A stretch of 64,000 bases of DNA from Candidatus Binatus sp. Its GTDB lineage: Bacteria > Desulfobacterota > Binatia > Binatales > Binataceae. The notes below the pieces were generated by a model that was not told where the DNA came from, did not search any database, and saw only the letters and a program-made list of their open reading frames with translations. The position numbers and the translations under genes were made by a program. Of this stretch, positions 17,780-28,727 are shown in pieces. The first letter of the stretch is position 1; every line of letters begins with the position of its first letter. The stretch is from NCBI RefSeq assembly GCF_036567905.1, contig NZ_DATCTO010000069.1, positions 27,899-91,898 of the forward strand, in the 5' to 3' direction.

Positions 17780-18777
17780 CCGTTGGCTAATCGCTGCGGC
17801 CGGCGCGCCGGGGGAGTTTCGATGGTGCGCGCAGAGCGCGGTTTCTTCCACGCGGAGAGATCGACCATCAGCAATTCCTCGAGCGCTTCCACCTCGGGCA
17901 TGAAGCGCGCGCGCAGGCGCTCGTCCTGCTCGGGGGTAAGGCCCGGAAATAGCTCGCCGCGTCCGTGGCAGAAATCCCATACGCCCGCGCGTTCGAGCAG
18001 GTTGACGAGGCGATATGCCTGATGGCCCTTGAGCCAGAACATGAACTTGGTCGCTTTGCGCGCGAGTTTGCGGTTCTTGGGCGCACGAGCAAAAGAATTC
18101 ACCTCGCCACTGAGAGCGGGGCGCGGCGAGAGCACCACTCGCTCGGCACTCATAAAGTCGCAAACCCGATTCACATAGGTCTGCGGATCCGCGCGCAATC
18201 CATCGTATATCGTGACCAGGACGTTCTCACGGCCGAAACTCTCGAACCATGTCTTGAGATGCGCGGCGTAGCGGTTTGCGCCGCCCAGATCCGGCACCGC
18301 TTTGAGGACCTCGTCGAAGGTTCCGCGAGCCGTCCGTCGTCCGTTATGACTCCGGAGCTTGTACGTAGAATAGATTCGATCGACCGGATCGCGCAGCGTC
18401 ACGACGATCCTGCAGTTGGGGATGTGGGTCTTGATGCGTTCGCACGCCAGCGGATGGAAAAAGTACGGGCTGATTTCGGCAACTGTGCGATCGCCGGTCG
18501 CGTAGCGAAAATGACGCGCGTACCAGTCGATACCCTTGTCGTAGAACGTGTTGAAGAACTGGGTCTCCTTGACCCCAAAGGGCATGTCCACCGCGTCGCG
18601 CAGCGCATTGTAAAGCCAGGTCGAACCGGTGCGCGTCGGCCCGATTGCGATAACCTCGGGCAGAATCAGTTTCCTCGCTCCGCTCAAGTGAGTTGGCCTG
18701 GTAATTGAATCTTGTTGATGGCCTGGATCTGCTTGCCCGGGCGCTCTGATGCGACTGGACCCTTGCCATATTTCCAC
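17776..18777 (-). CDS. sulfotransferase family protein (paralog 3)
   Basis: Carries VIAIGPTRTGSTWL and LRDPVDRIYSTY. The 5' 90 nt overlap the upstream paralog, so the true start is probably a TTG at about 18687 with TTGA-type coupling. Confidence 0.7.
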   Translation of the reverse strand: MEIWQGSSRIRAPGQADPGHQQDSITRPTHLSGARKLILPEVIAIGPTRTGSTWLYNALRDAVDMPFGVKETQFFNTFYDKGIDWYARHFRYATGDRTVAEISPYFFHPLACERIKTHIPNCRIVVTLRDPVDRIYSTYKLRSHNGRRTARGTFDEVLKAVPDLGGANRYAAHLKTWFESFGRENVLVTIYDGLRADPQTYVNRVCDFMSAERVVLSPRPALSGEVNSFARAPKNRKLARKATKFMFWLKGHQAYRLVNLLERAGVWDFCHGRGELFPGLTPEQDERLRARFMPEVEALEELLMVDLSAWKKPRSARTIETPPARRPQRLANG

Positions 18778-19628
18778 GCGGACAGATCGCGGCCGATGAG
18801 TGCCTCGAACTCCTCGACCTCGGGCCGGTACAGTTCGCGGATGCGCGCTTCGACCTCGGGTGCCAGCGGTTCATACGGCCGGCCGCCTTCGTACACGAAA
18901 CGGCCCAGCGCACTTTTACGCAGCCACCTGGCCGTCCGATGCATCCGGCGCGAATTCATCCAGGTAGTGATGTTGCGCGCGGTACGCACCAGCCGGCGGC
19001 TCGGCGGCGCGGTCTCGACCGTATGCACGCGCTCGAAAGCGCGCGCCGGCGGAATCACGATTTGATCGATCCCGACAAAGGCGGTTACCCGGTCGACGAA
19101 CGCTTGCGCGTCGGCCTCGAGGTCATCAAGCAGACCGACCAGCACGTGGTCAGCGCTAAATTGGCGCTGCCATCTGGCGAGATGAAACCCGTAGCGGTTC
19201 TGTTCGCGGGTTTCGCGATGCTTCGCCGCCGCTTCTTCGAATGAAAGCTTGGTCCACGCGTTGCGGCGCAGCAGCCGGTAGAACGAGTAGGCGCGACTTA
19301 CCGGATCGCGGAACGTGCAGATGATGCGGCATTCGGGGAGGTGGCGCGCGATTCGCTCGGGAGCCTGGGGCGACGCGAAATAGGTCGCGCACACCTCGGC
19401 GATTTTCATCGCGGGCGGACAATGGCGAAAGTAGTCGGCGTACCAGTCGATTCCCTTGTCGTAGTGCTTGGAAAAAAAGTCGGTCTCCTTTTTCTCCAGC
19501 GGCAATCCCACGTGGCCCTTCAAGACCTCGTACAGCCAGGTGGTGGCGGTTCGCGGCGGTCCGACCGCGATGAAGTCGGGGAGCCTTGAGGGGCGTGCTC
19601 TTTGTATTGCGGGCGATATACGGTTCAA
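18684..19628 (-). CDS. sulfotransferase family protein (paralog 4)
   Basis: Carries FIAVGPPRTATTWL and FRDPVSRAYSFY. It is the first gene of the minus-strand sulfotransferase/GT operon. Confidence 0.75.
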   Translation of the reverse strand: MNRISPAIQRARPSRLPDFIAVGPPRTATTWLYEVLKGHVGLPLEKKETDFFSKHYDKGIDWYADYFRHCPPAMKIAEVCATYFASPQAPERIARHLPECRIICTFRDPVSRAYSFYRLLRRNAWTKLSFEEAAAKHRETREQNRYGFHLARWQRQFSADHVLVGLLDDLEADAQAFVDRVTAFVGIDQIVIPPARAFERVHTVETAPPSRRLVRTARNITTWMNSRRMHRTARWLRKSALGRFVYEGGRPYEPLAPEVEARIRELYRPEVEEFEALIGRDLSAWKYGKGPVASERPGKQIQAINKIQLPGQLT

Positions 19629-19979
19629 GGATTGTGGCCTGACGATGGTATTTCCGGACGTGCCCCGGCACCGGCATCGCGGCGATCCCGGTCAAGATAA
19701 CATCGCCAATATTTCATATCAATGAGGGCGTCGGCGCCAGCGCACGCCGGCGAGCGGGAATCGCCGCGCAGGATGCGCTCGGACAGCGGTGTTGCGATGC
19801 TCACAGTTGACTGAGTGACAGTTTCTAACCCGCCAGCAAATCGGTAATAATTGACCTCGACGATCCAGACTGATACTTCGAAGGGATCTGGAAAATGCAT
19901 GGAGATGCGCCGGCGGCGGCCCTGATCCGAACCTGCCGGACTACCGGCGCGACGGTTTCGAATGGATGAAGAAATATAG

Positions 19980-20864
19980 ATGCGTACGCAGGCCGAAAGT
20001 TCAAAGTTTTACGAACCGATCGTACCGTCGGACCAGATTCAGTATCGCGAATACAAACTGCTGCTGAAGCCGGAGCGGTTTCCCGACGAGAAGGCATTTC
20101 ACAAGTTCTGGAAGTTAGCGCATCACGCGGCCAAATCACTCGGTATCAAGCTGGGCAAGATCGACGAATCGGTCAAGCCGCATCAGCGCGAAGTGGTGTT
20201 CTACGACACGCCGCACTTCAAGCTCTACAATCACGGCTTCATCCTGAGAAAACGCACCTTCTATCATCATGGTCTGCCCGATGCGAAGCACGAGCTGGTG
20301 ATCAAATTTCGGCATCCGGAAAAGAAAACGGCGCTGGCGGTGGATCCGCGTCCACTGCTGCCATGCGCGTACACGCTGAAGTTCAAGGAGGAAATCCTCC
20401 TGCCCAAGGATGGCGCGCTGGGGATGCGGCTGGTGTATTCGCACAACTGCGAGCTCGACACACCCAACATCATATTGACGCAACGATTCGAAACGACCGC
20501 GGAAGCATTTCCGGCGCTCAAGAAGATCGACGCCAATCCGAAGGCGGCGCTGAGCGTAGTCAACGGCGTATCGATCCAGGAATACCAGGTCGATCTCGGG
20601 ATGCTGGACTTCGGGCACAAGCTCGAGGCGAAGGCGACGCTGGCGGTATGGCGGGTGCGCACGACCAACACGCCAATCGTGGCCGAGTTCGGCTACCAGT
20701 TGAAGTTCGATAGTCCCGAAGCGGTGCGGCGCAAGCAGCGCGAGCTTTCCGAATTCTTCTACACGGCCCTGCAGTCGCGGGCCTCAGACTGGGTGCAGCG
20801 TGGAACAACCAAAACCGCCCTCATCTACGGATACGGAAACACCAGCCTCAAGCACGACGAATGA
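19980..20864 (+). CDS. hypothetical protein (Lys-rich, lower GC than surroundings)
   Basis: Long ORF in an AT-richer segment with no motif I can assign confidently. A CYTH-like ExK segment was considered but not supported. Confidence 0.4.
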   Translation: MRTQAESSKFYEPIVPSDQIQYREYKLLLKPERFPDEKAFHKFWKLAHHAAKSLGIKLGKIDESVKPHQREVVFYDTPHFKLYNHGFILRKRTFYHHGLPDAKHELVIKFRHPEKKTALAVDPRPLLPCAYTLKFKEEILLPKDGALGMRLVYSHNCELDTPNIILTQRFETTAEAFPALKKIDANPKAALSVVNGVSIQEYQVDLGMLDFGHKLEAKATLAVWRVRTTNTPIVAEFGYQLKFDSPEAVRRKQRELSEFFYTALQSRASDWVQRGTTKTALIYGYGNTSLKHDE

Positions 20865-21471
20865 ACCCGATCTTCATCCGAGCCTGCTAACGCTCTTCCG
20901 AATCTTCCTGCTCGCAGGCGGGCTCAGCTTCGGCGGCGGCGCGGTCGCCTATCTGCGCGAGTACCTGGTGCGGGAAGAAGGATGGCTGGACGACGAGGGA
21001 TTTCTCGGCGCGATGGAGATCAGCGAGACGCTGCCGGGGCTCAACGCCGTCAACATGGCGATCATCATGGGCGACAATCTGCGCGGGCTGGCGGGCGCGG
21101 CGGTGTCGGTCATCGGGATGCTGCTGCCGGGGGGAATCGTCGTGATGGTGCTGGGGATACTGTATCAATCGAACCACAGCAATCCCGACGTCAAGCGTTT
21201 CCTGCTGGGGATCGCGGCCGCGGCGGTTGGTTTGCTGTCGGCGGTGACGTTGCAGATCGGGCGGCGCCAATTTCGCCAGCTTCCGGATATCGCGATCATC
21301 TTGGTGACGTTTCTGGCGGTCAGCTTCATTAAATTGCCGCTGTTCGTGGTGCTGCTGGGTCTCGGGCCGATATCGGTCTGGCTGTACCGGCCGACGGTCT
21401 CAAAACCGCGCGCGGCGGACGAGCATTTGCCGTTTCATCGCGGCCCGCGCCATCACCTGTTTCGTCATTAA
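20800..21471 (+). CDS. chrA: chromate transporter (CHR) family protein, short-chain half 1
   Basis: LLTLFRIFLLAGGLSFGGGAVAYLREYLV...EGFLGAMEISETLPGLNAVNMA matches the CHR family. The 5' end overlaps the upstream gene and the start is uncertain. Confidence 0.65.
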   Translation: MEQPKPPSSTDTETPASSTTNEPDLHPSLLTLFRIFLLAGGLSFGGGAVAYLREYLVREEGWLDDEGFLGAMEISETLPGLNAVNMAIIMGDNLRGLAGAAVSVIGMLLPGGIVVMVLGILYQSNHSNPDVKRFLLGIAAAAVGLLSAVTLQIGRRQFRQLPDIAIILVTFLAVSFIKLPLFVVLLGLGPISVWLYRPTVSKPRAADEHLPFHRGPRHHLFRH

Positions 21472-21491
21472 CCATTGAGAACGAAAGCCGC

Positions 21492-22010
21492 ATGACGCGA
21501 TTGATACATCTGTTCCTGGTTTTCGCGCTGCTGTCGGTGCTGGCGGTCGGCGGCGGCACGGCGGTGCTGCCCGAGATGCAGCACATGACGGTGCATACGT
21601 TTCACTGGCTGAGCGACGCGCAGTTCCGCAACATCTACAGCCTCGGCCAGGTTGCGCCGGGACCAAACATGTTGATGGTACTGGTGATCGGCTATCAGCT
21701 GGCGGGATGGGCCGGGATGGTGGTGGTGGGAATCGGATTTTTCCTGCCCGACTGCGTGATTACGCTGTTCGTCAATCGATGGTGGGTGCATCTGGGCGGG
21801 TGGCCGTGGCGCACGTCGATTCAGCGCGGGCTTGCGCCGGTCGCGATTGGCCTGATGACGTCGGGAACCTTTGCGATCGCGAGGCTCTCGATCGTGAACG
21901 TGCAGACGCTGGCGATCGCAATTGCGGTGTTCGGGATTTTGCTCTGGCGCCACGTCAATCCGGGCGTGCTGGTGCTGGTGGGAGGCGCAGTTTACATCTT
22001 GTGGAGATAG
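21492..22010 (+). CDS. chrA: chromate transporter (CHR) family protein, short-chain half 2
   Basis: Second CHR domain (LAVGGGTAVLPEMQHMTVHTFHWLSDAQFRNIYSLGQVAPGPNM). Paired short-CHR genes are a known arrangement. Confidence 0.65.
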   Translation: MTRLIHLFLVFALLSVLAVGGGTAVLPEMQHMTVHTFHWLSDAQFRNIYSLGQVAPGPNMLMVLVIGYQLAGWAGMVVVGIGFFLPDCVITLFVNRWWVHLGGWPWRTSIQRGLAPVAIGLMTSGTFAIARLSIVNVQTLAIAIAVFGILLWRHVNPGVLVLVGGAVYILWR

Positions 22011-22123
22011 GCCGCGGGAATCGACGCCCGCGTGCGAGAGAAAAGAAAACGCCGGCAGGAGCGGATGCTCCTGCCGGCGTCGTACAATCCGGATCATAAG
22101 GCGACTGGCCTGGCGGCCGCTTA

Positions 22124-23434
22124 CTACATGTGTCCGGTTTCCGCCATCTTCACCAACGCCTCGGTGGTGAAGAACGCTTTATCCACCGCACCCATGTTGA
22201 TGTACCAGCATTCACGCTCTTGCGTCTCGTGGCCGGGCAGGTAGCACATCGTTGCCTGGCCGGTCTGCACATCGGTGGAGCAGGAGCCGACGACGAATTC
22301 GCGCTTGAAAGGATAGATGGCGATTTTCGCGTCGGGCACCGGACGATCGCGATACGCGAGCCAGAAGGTGTTGTTGCGGAACAGCTGGCCGCTGCGATCG
22401 TAGGTATCGACGTACGGCTCGAACCACATTTCGGAATCCATGTAGATGACCGTCTTGGAATCGAGCGCCGAAGCGTTAACGCTGTTGCGCGGCTCGGCGC
22501 TCACAATGTACATGTGGCGCATCTGCCAACGCTCGGGGCATGCGCTGCCGCCGCCGTCGGTCTCGCATCGCCTTTCCGGTGAATACTCGGCGTCAACCGT
22601 CGCCAGCATTTGCTTCTCGCCGAGGAACTTATAGTTGTACTCTTCGATCTTGGCATTGAAACCCGAATAGCGATCGGGGTCAAAGGTCTGCGCGTCGGTC
22701 GCGGTCGAATTCATCGCCTCGTTGAGACGGCGCAGGCGCCGCGTGCCGGGCTCCCAGGTCCAGGTGTCGTCGCCATGAGCCGGTTCGCCGTACCGATAAC
22801 GCAGCAGGCTGCTGCCACGCTGGTTCTCGGGCGCGAGTTCGGGACCGAGCAGGAACAACCACAGGCGGTTGGTAAGCTTGAAGTCGGGATCGACCGGCAT
22901 CGGCTCGACCTCGGTTCGGCCGACGAGGTCATAACCGGCATAGTGCCCGGTCTGGTAGTACCAGATTGCAAAGTAAGGCTTGTTGCGGCCGGAGTAAACC
23001 GTGTCGCAATCGTAATATCGCAGGTCGTAGTCGTCATTGCTGATCGGACGCCACATGGCGTTCCAGACGACCTTGCTTGCGACGTAGGGATCGTTGGCGT
23101 CGATCATCGGGAAGGGCTGTCCGGCGACATAGCCAATGACGGTGCGATGATCCTTCGACAGCTGTACCTGCGACGAATATTTTTCGGTCGCGTCCGTGTA
23201 CGGAGGCGGCCAATCGATGCGCTCGGTGGGGACGATTTTCATCGTCATCCCGCGCTGCACTTTGTAAAACACGCCTGGCGAAACAAGATCCTTCACCTTC
23301 GACGCGTTGTCCGGAGTGATGAAGTCGCCTGGCTTCACCTGCGCGGACGCGGGCGATACGCCGACAATAAGGGCGAGCGCAAACGCGCTGACGATCGTGG
23401 CGAAGTGCGTCGCTCTGTGGGTAATTTCGATCAT
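22124..23434 (-). CDS. secreted protein, possibly DUF1329 (LolA-like) family
   Basis: Signal peptide (FATIVSAFALALIVGVSPASA) followed by about 420 aa rich in W/Y/D. Family assignment is from memory of DUF1329-like composition only. Start moved to the MIEITHR ATG. Confidence 0.4.
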   Translation of the reverse strand: MIEITHRATHFATIVSAFALALIVGVSPASAQVKPGDFITPDNASKVKDLVSPGVFYKVQRGMTMKIVPTERIDWPPPYTDATEKYSSQVQLSKDHRTVIGYVAGQPFPMIDANDPYVASKVVWNAMWRPISNDDYDLRYYDCDTVYSGRNKPYFAIWYYQTGHYAGYDLVGRTEVEPMPVDPDFKLTNRLWLFLLGPELAPENQRGSSLLRYRYGEPAHGDDTWTWEPGTRRLRRLNEAMNSTATDAQTFDPDRYSGFNAKIEEYNYKFLGEKQMLATVDAEYSPERRCETDGGGSACPERWQMRHMYIVSAEPRNSVNASALDSKTVIYMDSEMWFEPYVDTYDRSGQLFRNNTFWLAYRDRPVPDAKIAIYPFKREFVVGSCSTDVQTGQATMCYLPGHETQERECWYINMGAVDKAFFTTEALVKMAETGHM

Positions 23435-23749
23435 GGCCGTTCCTCCGATTTGGTCTCTGCGCCAGGGAGCGCTATAAGCCAAGCTCATATTGGAGACGCA
23501 CAGACCGTGCCAGAGCTAATCGCTCGAAATTTCCAATAGACATCATTAAAGCCCATTACGTCTCTGGCGCACTCTGACACATAGTGCTTCCGTTTGCGTC
23601 ATCGCCGTTGTGGCGATGCGTCTAGCGGAGACCTAAATCAGAAGGCTGACGCCGGCGATTTGGGGGCCGCAGGCAGCGCAGGCATCTACCCACCGTCCAC
23701 AGGCTTATGCACCGGGCTTGCATTTCCTGCGTATCAGGCTAGACTGCGG

Positions 23750-23776
23750 TTAGCACTCAGGCATCGCGAGTGCCAA
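23750..23776 (+). promoter_or_regulatory. CIRCE operator (HrcA binding site) upstream of groES
   Basis: TTAGCACTC-N9-GAGTGCCAA has one mismatch from the consensus TTAGCACTC-N9-GAGTGCTAA and lies about 95 nt upstream of the groES ATG. Confidence 0.65.
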
Positions 23777-23869
23777 TTGACAAAACCCGGACAGTAATTA
23801 ACTTTCCGACGGCTGGAATCGTCCAGCCAAGCAACACTTTTCGCAAGCTAAGGAGGCTGCTGGTCCCCA

Positions 23870-24157
23870 ATGAAAATCAAGCCACTGGGCGATCGAATTC
23901 TCGTCAAGCGTATCAAGGAAGAGGAGCGGACCAAGGGTGGAATAATCATCCCGGACACCGCCAAGGAAAAGCCCCAGGAGGGCAAGGTTGTCGCCGTCGG
24001 CAAGGGCAAATATGGCGACGACGGCAAGCTCATCCCGATCGAGGTCAGGGCGGGGGACAAGATCCTGTTCGGCAAATACTCGGGCAGCGAGTTCAAGCAC
24101 GAGGGCGAAGATCTGCTGATCCTGCGCGAGGACGACATCCTGGGAATCATCGAGTAG
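23870..24157 (+). CDS. groES: co-chaperonin GroES
   Basis: [14 protein letters not shown]...[22 protein letters not shown] is canonical Cpn10. Confidence 0.95.
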   Translation: MKIKPLGDRILVKRIKEEERTKGGIIIPDTAKEKPQEGKVVAVGKGKYGDDGKLIPIEVRAGDKILFGKYSGSEFKHEGEDLLILREDDILGIIE

Positions 24158-24193
24158 GCATTTGGGCCTGCTCGCAAGCGAATCCCAATCTGA

Positions 24194-25870
<1,677 letters not shown>

Positions 25871-25922
25871 TCGAGAACTCAATTGCGCGCGCCAGGTCAA
25901 TGCCTGGCGACATGGTTAGCAT

Positions 25923-25959
25923 CAGCGGCGGGGCCATCGAGGCTCCGCCGCTGTTTTTT
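25923..25959 (+). terminator. rho-independent terminator after groEL
   Basis: CAGCGGCGG-13 nt loop-CCGCCGCTG followed by TTTTTT. Confidence 0.65.
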
Positions 25960-26312
25960 GGCAGGGGGGGGGCCAGCCCCTGCCCCGGGGGGGGCCGGTG
26001 AGCTGCAAAACGCTACAAACCCACACGTAAACGTTCTAGACCGCGCTTGAGTGATGTCACTAGGGTGCAACAAATCGCTCGCGTGCAACGACGATCAAAG
26101 ATTCGAACCGTACTGTGGGCGGACTGGATGGCCTGGAAATAGTCAATGAACCGGCCCCGAATAAGCCGCGGCCGGTCGGTTGGCAAATCGGGGGTCGCGT
26201 TTGTTCGAAGCTCACATTTCTTGGCCCCGACCTTGCTAAATCGTTAACGGGTCGCCGCTGTGAACGCCTTGGGGACTGGGCTGGCGCAGTGCTTGCCGAA
26301 GAGGAGCCGCTG

Positions 26313-26729
26313 ATGGCAGTTCGAGCGCTCATTGCGCACAGCTCAGGAACCACGCGCGACATCATGCGCAGTCATTTCGAGTGCGGCGGATGCCAGGTGG
26401 TGGCGGAAACCGAGACGGTCGCGCAGACAATCGACATTTTTCGCACAACGCGTCCAGACGTGATCGCGCTCGACATCGGGCTGCGCGGTGCGAAGGGGAT
26501 CGACGGGTTACAGCTGTTCAGGACGATTCGCCGCGAGTCGCCTGCGGCGTCGATCGTGATCGTCACCGCGTCGCAGTCACCCGACGACCATCGAATCTAT
26601 CGGCGCGAGGGAGCGCTCGAATGCATCGCGGAGCCGTTCGGCAATTTCGGCCTGGCGCGGGTGTGGCGCCGGCTGTTGGATGTTTATCCCGAGCTCAGAC
26701 GCACGGACCGGGCCGCCTCCGGGCACTGA
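26313..26729 (+). CDS. stand-alone response regulator receiver domain protein (atypical: lacks N-terminal acidic pair)
   Basis: GAGGAG RBS, then a CheY-like fold with putative phospho-Asp in VIALDIGL and a conserved T/K (IVIVTAS...). The DD pocket is replaced (ALIAHSS). Confidence 0.6.
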   Translation: MAVRALIAHSSGTTRDIMRSHFECGGCQVVAETETVAQTIDIFRTTRPDVIALDIGLRGAKGIDGLQLFRTIRRESPAASIVIVTASQSPDDHRIYRREGALECIAEPFGNFGLARVWRRLLDVYPELRRTDRAASGH

Positions 26730-26744
26730 TTCGCCAGCCCACCG

Positions 26745-27512
26745 TCAGTCTGATTTTCGCACCATCAAGCGTTCAATTGAGACGGGCTGTCCGGGGACGC
26801 AATTGACCCACAGCACCCATCCGGAATTCTCGCTGGAATAGAGCGGCGCCGGCGTTCCGCAATAAAAGGCGCGGGTCGAGCCCTGCGATACGTCGCCTAA
26901 GACGTGCACGTGGCCGAGCGCCACGTAGTCGTAGCGCGAGCGTTCGATTTCCGCCGGCGTGATCGGCGACGATCGTTCAATCTCGCCTTCCTCCATGAAA
27001 AATCCGTGCGCCAGCGCGATGTTCCAGAGTCCTTCCTCCCGCTCGGGCACGCCGCCGAGCGGCCGGTAGTCCGGCGTATGCTCGACTATCGCGCGGCCCC
27101 ATACCCGAGCCGCAAGCTCGGGAAAATCGATTGCTCTGCCCTCGGGCTCGAGAATCAGGTGCAGATTTTCCGGGATGGCGCCGGGCGCGAGGCCCGCATA
27201 GATCGATCGCTCGTCGTGCGCGTCATGATTGCCGGGAATCATCACGACCGGCATCTGAGCCCGTCCGATCGTTGCCATCGCGAAGGCGAGGCCTTCTTCG
27301 CTGACGCGCGCCGAATCGAACAGATCGCCGACTATCAGCAGCATGTCGGCGTTGCGGTCGTTGGCGATGTCGATGACCCGGGCAAATGCGTTGCGCACTA
27401 CGGCGCGCAAATACGCGCCGCGCTCGCCTGACCCGAACGTATCGCTTTCCAGATGAACGTCGGAAGTGTGAACGATCCTGAGTGGATGATGCGGATGCGG
27501 CTTAGCTGGCAA
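26745..27512 (-). CDS. metallophosphoesterase (calcineurin-like; SbcD/Mre11-type N-terminus)
   Basis: Carries IVHTSDVH, LLIVGDLFD and GNHD motifs. Confidence 0.7.
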   Translation of the reverse strand: MPAKPHPHHPLRIVHTSDVHLESDTFGSGERGAYLRAVVRNAFARVIDIANDRNADMLLIVGDLFDSARVSEEGLAFAMATIGRAQMPVVMIPGNHDAHDERSIYAGLAPGAIPENLHLILEPEGRAIDFPELAARVWGRAIVEHTPDYRPLGGVPEREEGLWNIALAHGFFMEEGEIERSSPITPAEIERSRYDYVALGHVHVLGDVSQGSTRAFYCGTPAPLYSSENSGWVLWVNCVPGQPVSIERLMVRKSD

Positions 27513-27670
27513 AACTGCTTCCTTCGATGCGCCGATCGGGTCGCGGTCGCTCGGTTCCGGTCGATGATAACATGCGGTAGAGTCAGAATTACCAGGGGTC
27601 GAGCGCCCATTCTATCGCTCGAGCCGAAAGGCCGCGAGGCGCACCAGCGTATCGCAGGGGGTTTTCTCAC

Positions 27671-28690
27671 TTGATCGTCGTAATGAAAGCGCACGCCAGC
27701 GAAGCGGAAATTCAGGCGGTGGTCAGGATGGTCGAGGATCTCGACTACAACGCTCACATTATCCGCGGCGTCGAGCGCACGGTTGTCGCATGCGTGGGCG
27801 ACGAGCGTGGCGAGAAGCATCAACTGACGCATCTGGAATCGGTAGCCGGGGTGGAGCGCGTGATGCCGGTGGTGAGGTCGTTCAAGCTGGCGTCGCGCGA
27901 GGTGCGGCCCGAAGGCTCGCGAATCAAGGTCGGCAACGCTGAAATCGGAGGCCCGCGAATCACGGTGATCGCGGGACCGTGCGCGGTCGAGAGCGAGGCG
28001 CAAATCGAGGCCGCGGCCGACGCGGTCAAAGCCGCGGGCGCTCATGCTCTGCGCGGGGGAGCGTTCAAGCCGCGGACGTCGCCGTACTCGTTTCAGGGAA
28101 TGGAAGACGAGGGGCTGGTGTTGCTCGAACACGCCGGGCGGCGCGTGGGATTGCCGGTGGTGACCGAAATTATGGATCCGCACGACATCGAGCTGGTCGC
28201 CGAGCATTCCGACATGCTGCAAGTCGGGGCGCGCAACGCGCAGAATTTCTCGCTGCTGCGCCGGCTCGGGAGAATCAACAAGCCGGTGCTGCTCAAGCGC
28301 GGCATGTCGATGAAGCTCGAAGAGTTCATGATGGCGGCGGAATATATTCTGTCGGAGGGCAATCCCAACGTCGTGCTGTGCGAGCGCGGGATTCGCACCT
28401 TCGAGACCGCGACCCGCAACACGCTCGATCTAAACGCGGTGCCGCTGCTCAAGGAGTGGACGCATCTGCCGGTGCTGGTCGATCCGAGCCACGGGACGGG
28501 AATCTACTCGCTGGTGGCGCCGATGGCGCTGGCTGCGATCGCGGCCGGCGCCGACGGATTGCTGATCGAGGTGCATCCGCATCCCGAGAGCGCGCTGTCG
28601 GACGGCCCGCAGCAGTTGAAGCCGTCGCGGTTTGCCGACCTGATGAAGGCGCTCAAGCCGCTGGCCGAGGCGGTGGGAAGAACGCTGTAA
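27671..28690 (+). CDS. aroF: 3-deoxy-7-phosphoheptulonate (DAHP) synthase, type I-beta with N-terminal regulatory domain
   Basis: N-terminal ferredoxin-like/ACT-like domain plus a KDSA-like barrel (ITVIAGPCAVES, GAFKPRTSPYSFQG, KRGMSMK, LVDPSHGTG), as in the Thermotoga/Bacillus AroA(G) type. Confidence 0.85.
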   Translation: MIVVMKAHASEAEIQAVVRMVEDLDYNAHIIRGVERTVVACVGDERGEKHQLTHLESVAGVERVMPVVRSFKLASREVRPEGSRIKVGNAEIGGPRITVIAGPCAVESEAQIEAAADAVKAAGAHALRGGAFKPRTSPYSFQGMEDEGLVLLEHAGRRVGLPVVTEIMDPHDIELVAEHSDMLQVGARNAQNFSLLRRLGRINKPVLLKRGMSMKLEEFMMAAEYILSEGNPNVVLCERGIRTFETATRNTLDLNAVPLLKEWTHLPVLVDPSHGTGIYSLVAPMALAAIAAGADGLLIEVHPHPESALSDGPQQLKPSRFADLMKALKPLAEAVGRTL

Positions 28691-28727
28691 ATTTCGCTTT
28701 CGCCGGGGGCATTGAAAACTCACGCGG

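Noticed and set aside
16856-18708. 388-aa and 247-aa plus-strand ORFs antisense to the sulfotransferase paralogs
   Set aside because: Mirror-image artefacts of high-GC coding DNA. The sulfotransferase frames carry PAPS-binding motifs.
19980-20864. CYTH (ExExK) domain assignment for the Lys-rich hypothetical
   Set aside because: Only a partial R-E-x-K match (QYREYKLLLK). Insufficient, so kept as hypothetical.
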